Numbered from the stretch's first letter, positions 1 to 8,660 are shown. The stretch: DNA of 35,968 bases from Armatimonadota bacterium (GCA_039680575.1 JBDKSP010000082.1:1-35968); one strand, 5' to 3'. Program-made: numbers and translations. The notes: generated by a model not told the origin, from the sequence alone.

Positions 1-60
1 ACACAACTTGCTAAAACTAAAGCAAACAACAGACAACAGAAGCGTAAGACGCAAGATTAA
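1..60 (+). CDS. Probable 3' end of an upstream gene (TQLAKTKANNRQQKRKTQD*), truncated by the window edge
   Basis: Open frame from base 1 to TAA at 58-60; basic low-complexity tail; no family assignable. Confidence 0.3.
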   Translation, partial: TQLAKTKANNRQQKRKTQD

Positions 61-144
61 CCTGTGCTGCTGGGACAATGACTTCCTGGCTTCCGTAGTT
101 GCTGGATTTTAGTGCGTAAGCCCTGCCCATCCTCACATAAAACG

Positions 145-173
145 TTGACTTGAGGGTTGTACAGAGATATAAT
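145..173 (+). promoter_or_regulatory. Sigma70-type promoter for the gene at 214
   Basis: TTGACT (145-150), 17-nt spacer, TATAAT (168-173). Confidence 0.8.
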
Positions 174-213
174 CACGAAGTAAATGTCTTATTCTATACG
201 AGGTATTATACAA

Positions 214-855
214 ATGGATCATGCCGAGGCTAAGAGAGTTTGGCTGGAGGCAGTTGAGCGTGTTAAAGACGTCACACTCGCGCCAACGCTATGGCGCGCC
301 TTGGAACTGGGCCACGGGGTGACGCTCGACGGTGAGTGTTTTATTATCGGCTTCCCGCCGAGCGATTCACCGATGAGCAGTTATCTCACAAACTCTGACC
401 ACCGGACCACTATCGAAAAATCTCTTTCAAGCATAATCGGGCAGACTGTTCGCTTCAAGGTTATCGAAGGAACAACTGAAGCTGATTACGAAGCATACAA
501 AAAACGCGAGCAGATAGCGGCTGAGTCACGCAAGGCAGCGCAAGACCGCAAGTATGTCGAACGCGCTGCCGAAAGGCAGTGGGATTCGATCGCGGAGCAG
601 TGTTCGCGTAAATATGCCAGAACTCAGCTTCGCCAGTTGCCGCATGTTCGTGCGCAGTATATGTTCGAAGCGGTGCAGATCATATCAGAAGCTATAGACA
701 CAATCCATCCTGACGGCGAAATAGATGAGGTCAGCCACAGAGCACTAGGTAGAGTCGTTGATAAAGTAGCGACACTCGCCGATGTGCCTGGCGCCGTTGT
801 CGGCGCGGAGCTTATCCGGTTCAGACGGGCAAAAAGGAACTCACCCGTCGCATAA
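214..855 (+). CDS. Hypothetical protein with a DnaA-domain-I/KH-like N-terminus and helical C-terminus
   Basis: ATG at 214 follows GAGGT (200-204); alternative ATG at 184. W..A.E.VK...LW..L....LDG..F.IGFP......L......IE..L..I.G..V.F.V pattern resembles DnaA_N; no AAA+ motifs. Confidence 0.75.
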   Translation: MDHAEAKRVWLEAVERVKDVTLAPTLWRALELGHGVTLDGECFIIGFPPSDSPMSSYLTNSDHRTTIEKSLSSIIGQTVRFKVIEGTTEADYEAYKKREQIAAESRKAAQDRKYVERAAERQWDSIAEQCSRKYARTQLRQLPHVRAQYMFEAVQIISEAIDTIHPDGEIDEVSHRALGRVVDKVATLADVPGAVVGAELIRFRRAKRNSPVA

Positions 856-865
856 AAGGATTAAT

Positions 866-910
866 GTTACGCTTCGGTGGCTTTTTACCCGAAGCGTAAC
901 TCACTTCTTT
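866..910 (+). terminator. Probable intrinsic terminator
   Basis: GTTACGCTTCGG (866-877) pairs with CCGAAGCGTAAC (889-900); T-rich TCACTTCTTT follows. Confidence 0.6.
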
Positions 911-1023
911 CGCTTGCCGCTCCCCTATGGGTTTTCGACTGTTCTCTTATCAGCCAATTGTATACCTGCTCATTGTCTAAAATCTTGCAGTAGAGTTTCA
1001 ATTGCCATCTGAGACCAACCCTG

Positions 1024-1049
1024 GTTTGCCTGCCTTCACTCACGGGTAA
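1024..1049 (+). promoter_or_regulatory. SigB/SigF-type promoter
   Basis: GTTTGC-N14-GGGTAA, ending 48 nt before the ATG at 1098. Confidence 0.65.
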
Positions 1050-1097
1050 TCCACTACCAGACCATTCTACATTTATGATATGGGAGGAGATACAGCC

Positions 1098-1385
1098 ATG
1101 GCGGAGGCAATGACTGAAGAGAAACAGACGATTAAAGAGTCCGCAGCGGCAGCAAAACGAGGCATCAGCCGAGCCAAAGAAGGCATACTTTTGGAAGTTG
1201 AGAGAGTAACGCCATCGTCCGTCTATATGTATGCTGCCGGCGCATCAATCCTCGCGTCGGCAGTTCTTTTCGCGCGAAGGTCCAGAGACTGGGCGCTATT
1301 TGTTGGTCAGTGGGCTCCGACACTCCTGATCTCAGGTTTGTTCCTAAAGATGCTCTACTCAAGGGAGAAACCGGTAAATGAATAG
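1098..1385 (+). CDS. Small membrane protein, probably stress-associated
   Basis: SD GGAGGAG at 1083-1089; two hydrophobic segments with LFVGQWAPT motif; SigB-type promoter upstream. Confidence 0.75.
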   Translation: MAEAMTEEKQTIKESAAAAKRGISRAKEGILLEVERVTPSSVYMYAAGASILASAVLFARRSRDWALFVGQWAPTLLISGLFLKMLYSREKPVNE

Positions 1386-1427
1386 CCTTCAGCATAAATG
1401 ACAATATTCAGCTTTCACAAGACGGTT

Positions 1428-1466
1428 TCGGGGTGCGGACACGTTCAGTTCCCGCACCCCGATTTG
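1428..1466 (+). terminator. Hairpin terminator downstream of the 1098 gene
   Basis: TCGGGGTGCGG (1428-1438) pairs with CCGCACCCCGA (1452-1462), then TTTG. Confidence 0.6.
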
Positions 1467-1493
1467 TGTACGCCCGCCATCCTGCAGCTTTGA

Positions 1494-1739
<246 letters not shown>

Positions 1740-1750
1740 TCGACATTGAT

Positions 1751-1779
1751 ATTATAGCAGAAACACTTTTCCATGTAAA
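1751..1779 (-). promoter_or_regulatory. Sigma70 promoter of tRNA-fMet
   Basis: Minus strand TTTACA-N17-TATAAT with extended -10 (TGCTATAAT). Confidence 0.8.
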
Positions 1780-1830
1780 CACTTTTCGCAAACTTTATGC
1801 CTGGTTTCTTTTGTTATCGGTAAACTAAGC

Positions 1831-1854
1831 AAAAAGGCCGGGGTTACCGGCCTT
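1831..1854 (-). terminator. Terminator after the cyclophilin pair
   Basis: AAGGCCGG-GGTTA-CCGGCCTT hairpin with an A-run on the + strand (U-run on minus). Confidence 0.7.
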
Positions 1855-1886
1855 ACTAAAGTCTGATTAGCCTAAGCTCATAGTTC

Positions 1887-2501
1887 TTACTTTTGTTCAG
1901 GTTGCGTCTCTGGAGCCTTCACTTGCTCGCTATCCTTATTTTCGTCCTTCTTCGCGGATTCAGTCTTAGCGGCAGTCTCGATTCTTGCGGTTTTTATGAC
2001 ATCGCCGATCTTAATGTTTTTTACTACATCGACACCCTCGATAACTCTACCAAATACGGCGTATTTCATATCCAGATAAGCAACCTTGTCCAGAGTGATG
2101 TAAAACTGACTGGTAGCGCTGTTCGGATCGGAAGACCGAGCCATGGCGACCACGCCCGCAGCGTCGTGTTTCAACTTCGGGGACACTTCAAGAGGTATTC
2201 TCTTATCAGAACCACCTGTGCCATTCCCCTTTGGGTCGCCGCCCTGTATTACAAAACCCGGTTCGACACGATGGAACGTCAAACCATCATAAAACTTCCG
2301 CTCAACAAGCTCTATGAAGTTCTTTGTGGTAATTGGTGCATCTTTTTCGTAAAGCGCGAACTTAATGGTCCCTTTTGTAGTATCCATTACTACCACACGC
2401 CCAAACTGCGGCGTATCATCCTTGGGTTTGTCAGTATCAGTTGCCATCACAGCACCTGTCATGAGCATAGATATAGTTAAACACATAGCGATTAACCTCA
2501 T
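1887..2501 (-). CDS. Exported cyclophilin-type peptidyl-prolyl cis-trans isomerase
   Basis: Signal peptide; [44 protein letters not shown]. Confidence 0.95.
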   Translation of the reverse strand: MRLIAMCLTISMLMTGAVMATDTDKPKDDTPQFGRVVVMDTTKGTIKFALYEKDAPITTKNFIELVERKFYDGLTFHRVEPGFVIQGGDPKGNGTGGSDKRIPLEVSPKLKHDAAGVVAMARSSDPNSATSQFYITLDKVAYLDMKYAVFGRVIEGVDVVKNIKIGDVIKTARIETAAKTESAKKDENKDSEQVKAPETQPEQK

Positions 2502-2554
2502 TGTCCTTCTCCTGTATTTGCTGATATTCTTATAAAGTGATTAACACCCGAAAC

Positions 2555-3283
2555 TTATTTATGTGAATGGTTATCCGGTGTGCCTGCACTATTTGAAGGC
2601 GAAACGGAAAGGGTACCTGCTGAGGCTTTCATCAGTTTGTTTATGCATGTTTTGATCTCATCCATATCATTAGCTGTGGGATATGAAATCAGGACATCCT
2701 TGATGCGATCGCCCTTTTTGATTTTATTTATGACATCAGATCCTTCGTAAACGATCCCGAAGCACGCATAACCAATTGTCTGGATCTGCGCAGCCGGTAA
2801 TTTTGTTACAAAAAACTGGCTGCTGGCGCTGTCGGGATCATTCGTTCTTGCCATTCCAACCATGTAGGCAACTTGAAATCCCAGCCCCTTTTTCATTTCC
2901 AACTTTATTTTCTTCTCGGAACCACCTGTGCCGTCTCCCTTTGGGTCTCCACCTTGCACGACCCACTTTTCGACACGATGGAATTTCAAACCCTTGTAAA
3001 ACCCTGACTTTGCGAGTTCGCAGAAATTCTTGCTCGTGACAGGCATGTCCCTTTCGAAGATAACGAACTTGAAATTGCCTCTGTTGGTTTTTACTAATGC
3101 AATGTCTCCGGGCTCAAAAACGGCTTTTTCAACGGAAGGGGTAGCCGGGGTGGTATTCTTTTTGTCTGTTGCTGCACTTTCATTTTCATGCATATGTTCA
3201 TTCGGGAGGGCGTTATGCTCAGCTATTATCGATATTCCTATGAATCCAGCTAGCACAACGATAAGTACAATGTAAAGTTTCAT
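2555..3283 (-). CDS. Second, membrane-anchored/exported cyclophilin-type PPIase
   Basis: N-terminal hydrophobic helix; FYKGLKFHRVEKWVVQGGDP, MARTNDPDSASSQFF. Confidence 0.92.
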   Translation of the reverse strand: MKLYIVLIVVLAGFIGISIIAEHNALPNEHMHENESAATDKKNTTPATPSVEKAVFEPGDIALVKTNRGNFKFVIFERDMPVTSKNFCELAKSGFYKGLKFHRVEKWVVQGGDPKGDGTGGSEKKIKLEMKKGLGFQVAYMVGMARTNDPDSASSQFFVTKLPAAQIQTIGYACFGIVYEGSDVINKIKKGDRIKDVLISYPTANDMDEIKTCINKLMKASAGTLSVSPSNSAGTPDNHSHK

Positions 3284-3324
3284 CGATCGATCTCCAGATA
3301 TCGATAGAGGTTATCTATTGATGC

Positions 3325-3570
3325 ACCAATGAGTCTCAGGGATTTGTAAAATCTTTACGGATATATAGCTATAGATTTTCGGCTGATTAATTAACGGCCA
3401 ATCATATTTTGGCTGTTGCCGAAAATCCTCCGGAAGAGTTTCGGGTGTAAGTGTAAAATCAACAGATAAAGCTATATCAGAGAACTGTTTATATAGCTGT
3501 AAGGCTGTTACTTTATCTCCTGAAACTCTATAGGTGTGGCATTGATTTTACGTACATGAAACTTTCCCAG
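3325..3570. promoter_or_regulatory. Cluster of 16-bp imperfect palindromes (consensus CCTGAA-GAGT-TTCAGG)
   Basis: Copies at 3325, 3368, 3430, 3519 (reverse) and 3555 (reverse); the same motif recurs at 12306-12729. Confidence 0.55.
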
Positions 3571-3661
3571 ACTCTGGTGCAAATAGATTCAACCATATGC
3601 TAGCAGAAGTCAGGCTGAAGTTCAAGAAATCACAGTATTTGCAGGCGCAAACAATAGTCCT

Positions 3662-3817
3662 TCAGGTTTGAAACAACTCTTTGGTGTTTACTACCGTCCA
3701 AACCCCATTCTCCCTCACAACAGTATAGCGATAACCTGCACCTGTACGTCCATTCCAGAAATTTGCCCCTTCCACCTCGACATTCATGCTATTTTTCCTG
3801 CATAGAATTATTTCCAT
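3662..3817 (-). pseudogene. Small ORF, probably the C-terminal fragment of a decayed gene
   Basis: MEIILCRKNSMNVEVEGANFWNGRTGAGYRYTVVRENGVWTVVNTKELFQT*; protein-like beta-strand pattern but no clear SD. Confidence 0.35.
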
Positions 3818-3847
3818 TTAGCTCATGTTACTGCTTACGCACGCTCC

Positions 3848-3873
3848 GTTTAATGCCATTGTCCCCAGGGTAG
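3848..3873 (+). promoter_or_regulatory. SigB/SigF-type promoter
   Basis: GTTTAA-N14-GGGTAG, near-perfect match to the Bacillus SigB consensus. Confidence 0.75.
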
Positions 3874-3944
3874 ACTATCCATGCGGATGAGTTACATAAC
3901 GTTCGCCGGGCTGTAGCTTTTGCCCGCTGAAAGGATGGCTGAAT

Positions 3945-4463
3945 ATGGGTAATGGCGGAAAGCCGGTCGATGTCAAACGCGCAAGAAGCAACATCGAAAA
4001 CTACGGAGACCCCTACATCACTTCCGTAAGACCAGAAGAGATCAGAATATGCAGCGTCTGCGGTGCAATATTCTCAGGTCAAAGATGGTATCTGAAAAGC
4101 CAGGTTGACCCCGATAAACTAAAAGACCAGCAAGTCCGTTATACGGTCTGTCCTGCCTGCCACAAGATCAGGGACAGATCACCGGGGGGTATTGTTCAAC
4201 TAATGGGTAAATTCTTAATTATACATAAACAAGACATTCTGAACCTCATACGCAAAGAAGGCGAGCGCGCGATGGCTATAAATCCACTCGAACGGATAAT
4301 AGACATCGAGGGTGAAGGCTCGACTTACGATGTAACGACAACTAATGAAAAGCTCGCACAAAAGATCGGAAGGGCGCTTCATAAAGCGTATGATGGGGAA
4401 ATCATTTACAAATGGTCGGAAAATAACAAGCTTTTACGAGTTATATGGCGTCGTGAGCAGTAA
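3945..4463 (+). CDS. BCAM0308-family (NMD3-like zinc-binding) protein
   Basis: DPY, CSVCGA, GQRW, CPACHKIRD..PGG, NPLERII, TTNEKLAQKIGRAL, final V.W.R. Confidence 0.88.
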   Translation: MGNGGKPVDVKRARSNIENYGDPYITSVRPEEIRICSVCGAIFSGQRWYLKSQVDPDKLKDQQVRYTVCPACHKIRDRSPGGIVQLMGKFLIIHKQDILNLIRKEGERAMAINPLERIIDIEGEGSTYDVTTTNEKLAQKIGRALHKAYDGEIIYKWSENNKLLRVIWRREQ

Positions 4464-4478
4464 TGTGAGGTGAATACG

Positions 4479-4742
4479 ATGGCGAAAGATAAATCTAATA
4501 GATTTCTGATAGCACTTGGAGGTTTTGTTGTCGGCTCACTGGTCGGACTTCTATTTGCGCCTCAAAGTGGCCGGCGTACTCGCGCGCTTGTCAGAGATAA
4601 GGGCATCAAATATTCGCACGACATCGCCGATTTCGCCGGTAAGAAGACACGGCATACCGGTAACAAGTTGAAAGGGTATGCCCATGAGGTCAGAGAAGTC
4701 GTCAACAGCAAAATGAAACAGCAAAAGGCTGAAGTATCGTAA
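4479..4742 (+). CDS. YtxH-domain protein
   Basis: SD GAGGTG; GFVVGSLVGLLFAPQSGRRTR signature. Confidence 0.9.
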   Translation: MAKDKSNRFLIALGGFVVGSLVGLLFAPQSGRRTRALVRDKGIKYSHDIADFAGKKTRHTGNKLKGYAHEVREVVNSKMKQQKAEVS

Positions 4743-4746
4743 TTAC

Positions 4747-4833
4747 AGGGGATAGTGGTTAGGGGATAGTTTGGAATGCGGCGTATCCATAACCCATGAC
4801 CTCACTATCCCCCAACCTATTTCCCTAACCCCT
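4747..4833. repeat. Heptamer-based direct plus inverted repeat element
   Basis: AGGGGATAGT at 4747 and 4761; complementary CACTATCCCC (4803-4812) and CCCTAACC (4823-4830). Confidence 0.55.
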
Positions 4834-4984
4834 ATATATTCTGACAGGAATTCTCTCAATGAAAGACGAATCATTAAATAACAGGCACTAAAAGCCTGCC
4901 TGTTTGCGTATATTTCCATGTAGTCTGATATTCCGGAATATTGACCGGAATATTTACGTATCACGAATGGAGGTAATTAGTGCA

Positions 4985-5305
4985 ATGTGGGAGACAGTGA
5001 AAAAATCGCTCGCTTTTGGGCTGGGTGCAGCAGTGTTGACCGCTGACAAGGTTCGTGAGTTCGCAGATGAAGCCGTGAATCGCGGTGAAATGAGTTCGGA
5101 CGAAGCAAAAGGCTTCATCGACGATGTGATAAAACGCGGAGATGAAGAGAAGCGAAATGTCCAGAACTGGATGCGTGAGCAGGCCAATAAAATCATGAAG
5201 GACGCCGGCTGTGCGGATGCAAGCCGCGTAGAAGCACTCGAAAGGCGGGTCCGCGAGCTTGAGGCGCAGATGGCCGAAGATCAGATGATGGAAAACGAGG
5301 AATAG
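4985..5305 (+). CDS. Phasin-like / polyhydroxyalkanoate-synthesis-regulator family protein
   Basis: SD GGAGGT at 4969; KKSLAFGLGAAVLT.DKV.EF.DE.V.RGEMS..EAK, final LERRV..LE; usual position upstream of an ABC1 kinase. Confidence 0.85.
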   Translation: MWETVKKSLAFGLGAAVLTADKVREFADEAVNRGEMSSDEAKGFIDDVIKRGDEEKRNVQNWMREQANKIMKDAGCADASRVEALERRVRELEAQMAEDQMMENEE

Positions 5306-5309
5306 TCTT

Positions 5310-6965
5310 GTGATTCCTCGCCGAAAGCATTTGAGCAGGCTTAAAGAGATAGGGACCGTGCTTGCAAGACACGGTTGGGGGCATATTGTCGCAAGGTTCG
5401 GTCTTGCAGGTATGCTTCGACTTCGCCGAAGAGGTATTGAACCGGAAGTAACACCGGAGCCTGAGCACCTGCTCTATATTCTGCAGGAATTGGGGCCGAC
5501 ATTCGTAAAACTCGGGCAGTTACTCAGCACCAGACCTGATATTCTGCCCGAGCCTTATATAGCTGCGCTCACAAAACTTCAGGATACAGCCAACACGGTC
5601 CCGGTCGATCAGATCAAATCGATCATACAGGAAGAGTTGGGACAACCTGTAGAATCGGTGTTTGCCTATTTTGATGAGGTTCCGCTCGCTGCGGCATCGC
5701 TCGGACAGGTGCATGCCGCGACGCTTCATGATGGGACGCAGGTTATAATCAAAGTACAGCGCCCCGGCATCACAAAAGTCATCGACCGGGATATCGATAT
5801 CATGTATATGGTCTCGAAGCTTCTCGAACGCCGTTGGGAACGCGTGAGGACGTATGCGATTACCGAGATTGTCGACGAGTTTGCCATCACGATCCATGAA
5901 GAGCTCGATTATACGATAGAAGCCAACAACACGGATAGACTTAGGGCTGTTCTTTTGCATGAAAAGAATGCCCGTGTCCCAAAGATCATGTGGGACATTG
6001 TCACCAAACGGGTGTTGACGATGGAGCGGATCGACGGCATTAAGATCACTGACATAGAGCGCCTTAATGCAGCCGGATTCGACACAGTGCAGATCGCCGA
6101 CAGGCTGTCGGCAGTGATGTTCAAGCAGATATTTATCGACGGCTTTTTCCATGCTGACCCCCACCCAGGCAATATTCTTGTTACACCGGACCAGGAAATT
6201 GCGCTGCTTGATGCTGGACAGGTACGCCAGCTTGATTTGGAGACCAGGACAGGACTTCTCAGGATGGTGATTGCATTCGAGCACCAGGACACGCACCTTT
6301 TTACGGAAGTAATCACTGAGATCGGTATTACGAGGGGTGAGGTCAATACACAAGCGCTATCGCAAGACCTTGAGAAAGTGCTGCGGCAGTTTTACAACGT
6401 TCCCGCCCAGGCTATGGATATAGGCAAGATCCTGATAAGGGTTATGGATGTGTCCGCGCGGCACAAAATCCGGCTACCCGTCGGTTTTTCCGTTATCGGT
6501 AAGGTAATGGTTAACCTGGAAAGCATCAACCGAATGCTCGATCCGAATTTCAACTTCACGAAAGCAGTGCGCCCATATATAGCAAGGGCGGTAAGGGAGG
6601 AACTGAGCCCGGAAGACATACTGACGGATAGTTATCGCTCACTGATAGACTTGAAGCGGCTTATATTCGGCTTGCCGGACCATCTGCATCAGTTACTCCA
6701 TAAAGCCGTCTCCGGCACACTCCGGATCGAATTCAAGCACAAGGGGCTAGAGGAGCTCGAGTCCAGGCTGGACAAGATAACGAACCGGCTTGCATTTGCG
6801 CTCATCGTCGGTTCGACGATCATCGGAAGCTCTATTATCGTCATATCGAACCGCCAGCCAACCGGAATACTCGGACTTCCGATGCTGGGAGTCGCCGGAT
6901 ACCTGTTTGCCCTGGTTATGGGTATGTGGCTCCTGATTTCGATCATCCGTTCAGGAAAGTTGTAA
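5310..6965 (+). CDS. AarF/ABC1/UbiB-family atypical kinase
   Basis: LGPTFVKLGQ (KxGQ), PLAAASLGQVH, VIIKVQRPG, EELDY, FFHADPHPGN, two C-terminal TM helices. Confidence 0.95.
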   Translation: MIPRRKHLSRLKEIGTVLARHGWGHIVARFGLAGMLRLRRRGIEPEVTPEPEHLLYILQELGPTFVKLGQLLSTRPDILPEPYIAALTKLQDTANTVPVDQIKSIIQEELGQPVESVFAYFDEVPLAAASLGQVHAATLHDGTQVIIKVQRPGITKVIDRDIDIMYMVSKLLERRWERVRTYAITEIVDEFAITIHEELDYTIEANNTDRLRAVLLHEKNARVPKIMWDIVTKRVLTMERIDGIKITDIERLNAAGFDTVQIADRLSAVMFKQIFIDGFFHADPHPGNILVTPDQEIALLDAGQVRQLDLETRTGLLRMVIAFEHQDTHLFTEVITEIGITRGEVNTQALSQDLEKVLRQFYNVPAQAMDIGKILIRVMDVSARHKIRLPVGFSVIGKVMVNLESINRMLDPNFNFTKAVRPYIARAVREELSPEDILTDSYRSLIDLKRLIFGLPDHLHQLLHKAVSGTLRIEFKHKGLEELESRLDKITNRLAFALIVGSTIIGSSIIVISNRQPTGILGLPMLGVAGYLFALVMGMWLLISIIRSGKL

Positions 6966-7009
6966 TAATACAGCAAACATAGTCAGCGTAAATGCGTATA
7001 TAGATTGAT

Positions 7010-7753
7010 ATGCTTACATCTACCTTCATCCACGCTCAGGGTATAGGACTGGCAACCGAAAAACGAATATGGGAGTCCGGTGCATCGGACTGGCTCAAAT
7101 TTGTTGAGATGCAGAGTGAGATCGGGCTTTCATATCGGCAGCTTGCGCTCCTATCTCCGGTAGTAGAAGAGTCCATCACCCGTTTCGACGCGGGGGACTA
7201 TGCATATTTCGCTGAATGTCTACCTAAGCGTGAGCACTGGCGCGCTTTCGGCGAACTGGGAGACCGTGCGGCGTATCTGGACATCGAGACTACAGGGACC
7301 AGCCTGGGAGATGGGATTACCGTCGTTGGAATATATAACGGCAAGACTACCAAATCATTCATCAAAGGGTTCAATCTGGAATCTTTCGCCGATGAACTGA
7401 AGAAATACCCGCTTGTCATTACTTATGCCGGATCTACGTTCGATATCCCTCATCTCCTGCATGCATTTCCCGGTACAAAGATCGATCAACTCCACATAGA
7501 CCTCTGCCCCACACTCCACCGACTCGGTTACAAGGGCGGGCTGAAACATATCGAGCATGTTCTCGGTCTTGAAAGGCAAGACGAAATAGCCGGGCTCAGC
7601 GGCTGGGATGCTGTCAGGCTCTGGCGCGAATGGGAATACGGCAGTAAAGACGCGCTGGATACGCTGGTAGAATACAATAGAGCCGATGTAGAAAACCTCA
7701 AGACTTTAGCTGAATTCGCTTACACAGGGCTGCGCCACGCCCATATGGGATAA
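7010..7753 (+). CDS. RNase H-like (YprB/DEDD-type) exonuclease-domain protein
   Basis: YLDIETTG, G.TFDIP, GGLKHIE..LG..R, YNRADV. Confidence 0.9.
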   Translation: MLTSTFIHAQGIGLATEKRIWESGASDWLKFVEMQSEIGLSYRQLALLSPVVEESITRFDAGDYAYFAECLPKREHWRAFGELGDRAAYLDIETTGTSLGDGITVVGIYNGKTTKSFIKGFNLESFADELKKYPLVITYAGSTFDIPHLLHAFPGTKIDQLHIDLCPTLHRLGYKGGLKHIEHVLGLERQDEIAGLSGWDAVRLWREWEYGSKDALDTLVEYNRADVENLKTLAEFAYTGLRHAHMG

Positions 7754-7777
7754 TCCTACCAATTCCTCATTCTGTTG

Positions 7778-7802
7778 GTTTCCAACCGTCCATACGGGGT
7801 AA
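7778..7802 (+). promoter_or_regulatory. SigB/SigF-type promoter (upstream of tandem pair)
   Basis: GTTTCC-N13-GGGTAA. Confidence 0.55.
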
Positions 7803-7844
7803 ACTGATTCTGACTGTCTCAATTCGGGTCATCTCGTTGACAAT

Positions 7845-7870
7845 GTTTTGAGTATATGGTCATTGGGTAA
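7845..7870 (+). promoter_or_regulatory. SigB/SigF-type promoter (downstream of tandem pair)
   Basis: GTTTTG-N14-GGGTAA ahead of the ytxG/ytxH-like genes. Confidence 0.7.
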
Positions 7871-7928
7871 ACGAGCACACGATTGGACACGAAGCAGACA
7901 ACGCAGAGAAGAGCCGGAGGACGTGTAT

Positions 7929-8333
7929 ATGTCAATACAAGTAGCGCAGACAATCATTGCTATCTGCATGATCGTCCTTACGTTTTCAGCCGTAGTAGTG
8001 GCAATAGCACTTACGGCGCTCGCCCTTCGCCTGCGTGGTTCCGTAGGCACACTGACTAAGAAAGTCCAACCACTGATTACTCAAGCTACCGAAACAGCAA
8101 AAACCGCAAACAACGTTGCACAGACAATAAAATCCGGCACTCAGGAAATAGTGAATAAGGCTGAAGATACAGTGGAAAGCGTCTCCAAGAGGGTAAAAAT
8201 GACCTCCAACATCATCCAGGAATCGATCAGCCCGCCCATTATTACGCTCGCAAGTGTAATGACGGGTGTACAGCGGGGGCTTGAAGTTTTCAGTCAGGTT
8301 AGGAGACGAGGGGGAGACGGTCATGCGCACTGA
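7929..8333 (+). CDS. DUF948 / YtxG-like membrane-anchored coiled-coil protein
   Basis: SD GGAGG at 7916; N-terminal TM then amphipathic coiled coil; overlaps a YtxH gene. Confidence 0.8.
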   Translation: MSIQVAQTIIAICMIVLTFSAVVVAIALTALALRLRGSVGTLTKKVQPLITQATETAKTANNVAQTIKSGTQEIVNKAEDTVESVSKRVKMTSNIIQESISPPIITLASVMTGVQRGLEVFSQVRRRGGDGHAH

Positions 8334-8619
8334 GAACCGTAATTTGGTAATCGGAACGATTATAGGTGTTGTAATTGGCGGAGCGGCGGCAATTATGCTG
8401 GCGCCGTCACCTGGCACAGAGACCCGGCAGCGGCTGCGACAAGCCAGCGGCAGGACCAGAGAAAAAGCAATGGGACTGACAGCGAAAGGCCGCGAATACC
8501 TTGAATCGAAAAAGGCACAGATCAGAGAGGCAATCGAGTCCGGGCGGCGTGCCGCAGAGGAGAAGCTCGAGGAACTGGAATACCAGGTCCAGTCAAGTAG
8601 TAAAACCGGGGCAACCTGA
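8323..8619 (+). CDS. YtxH-domain protein
   Basis: GTIIGVVIGGAAAIMLAPSPGTETRQRL. Confidence 0.9.
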   Translation: MRTENRNLVIGTIIGVVIGGAAAIMLAPSPGTETRQRLRQASGRTREKAMGLTAKGREYLESKKAQIREAIESGRRAAEEKLEELEYQVQSSSKTGAT

Positions 8620-8634
8620 ACGGGGAGTATGCAG

Positions 8635-8660
8635 GTTGTTGCCCGCAAACCGGCGGGTAA
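8635..8660 (+). promoter_or_regulatory. SigB/SigF-type promoter for the KGG gene, overlapping a hairpin
   Basis: GTTGTT-N14-GGGTAA; GGGCAACCTG/CAGGTTGTTGCCC inverted repeat at about 8608-8644. Confidence 0.55.

Noticed and set aside
20..110. GCAAAC...GACGCAAG resembling a c-di-GMP-I riboswitch
   Set aside because: No stem with a GNRA loop between the two motifs; better explained as the end of an upstream ORF
782..1012. 76-aa ORF
   Set aside because: Overlaps the previous gene's end and crosses its terminator; no SD or recognisable motif
5520..6353. 277-aa antisense ORF, and similar long shadow ORFs (1893-2480, 7986-8741, 11703-12182, 34507-35025)
   Set aside because: Opposite well-supported genes; no motifs
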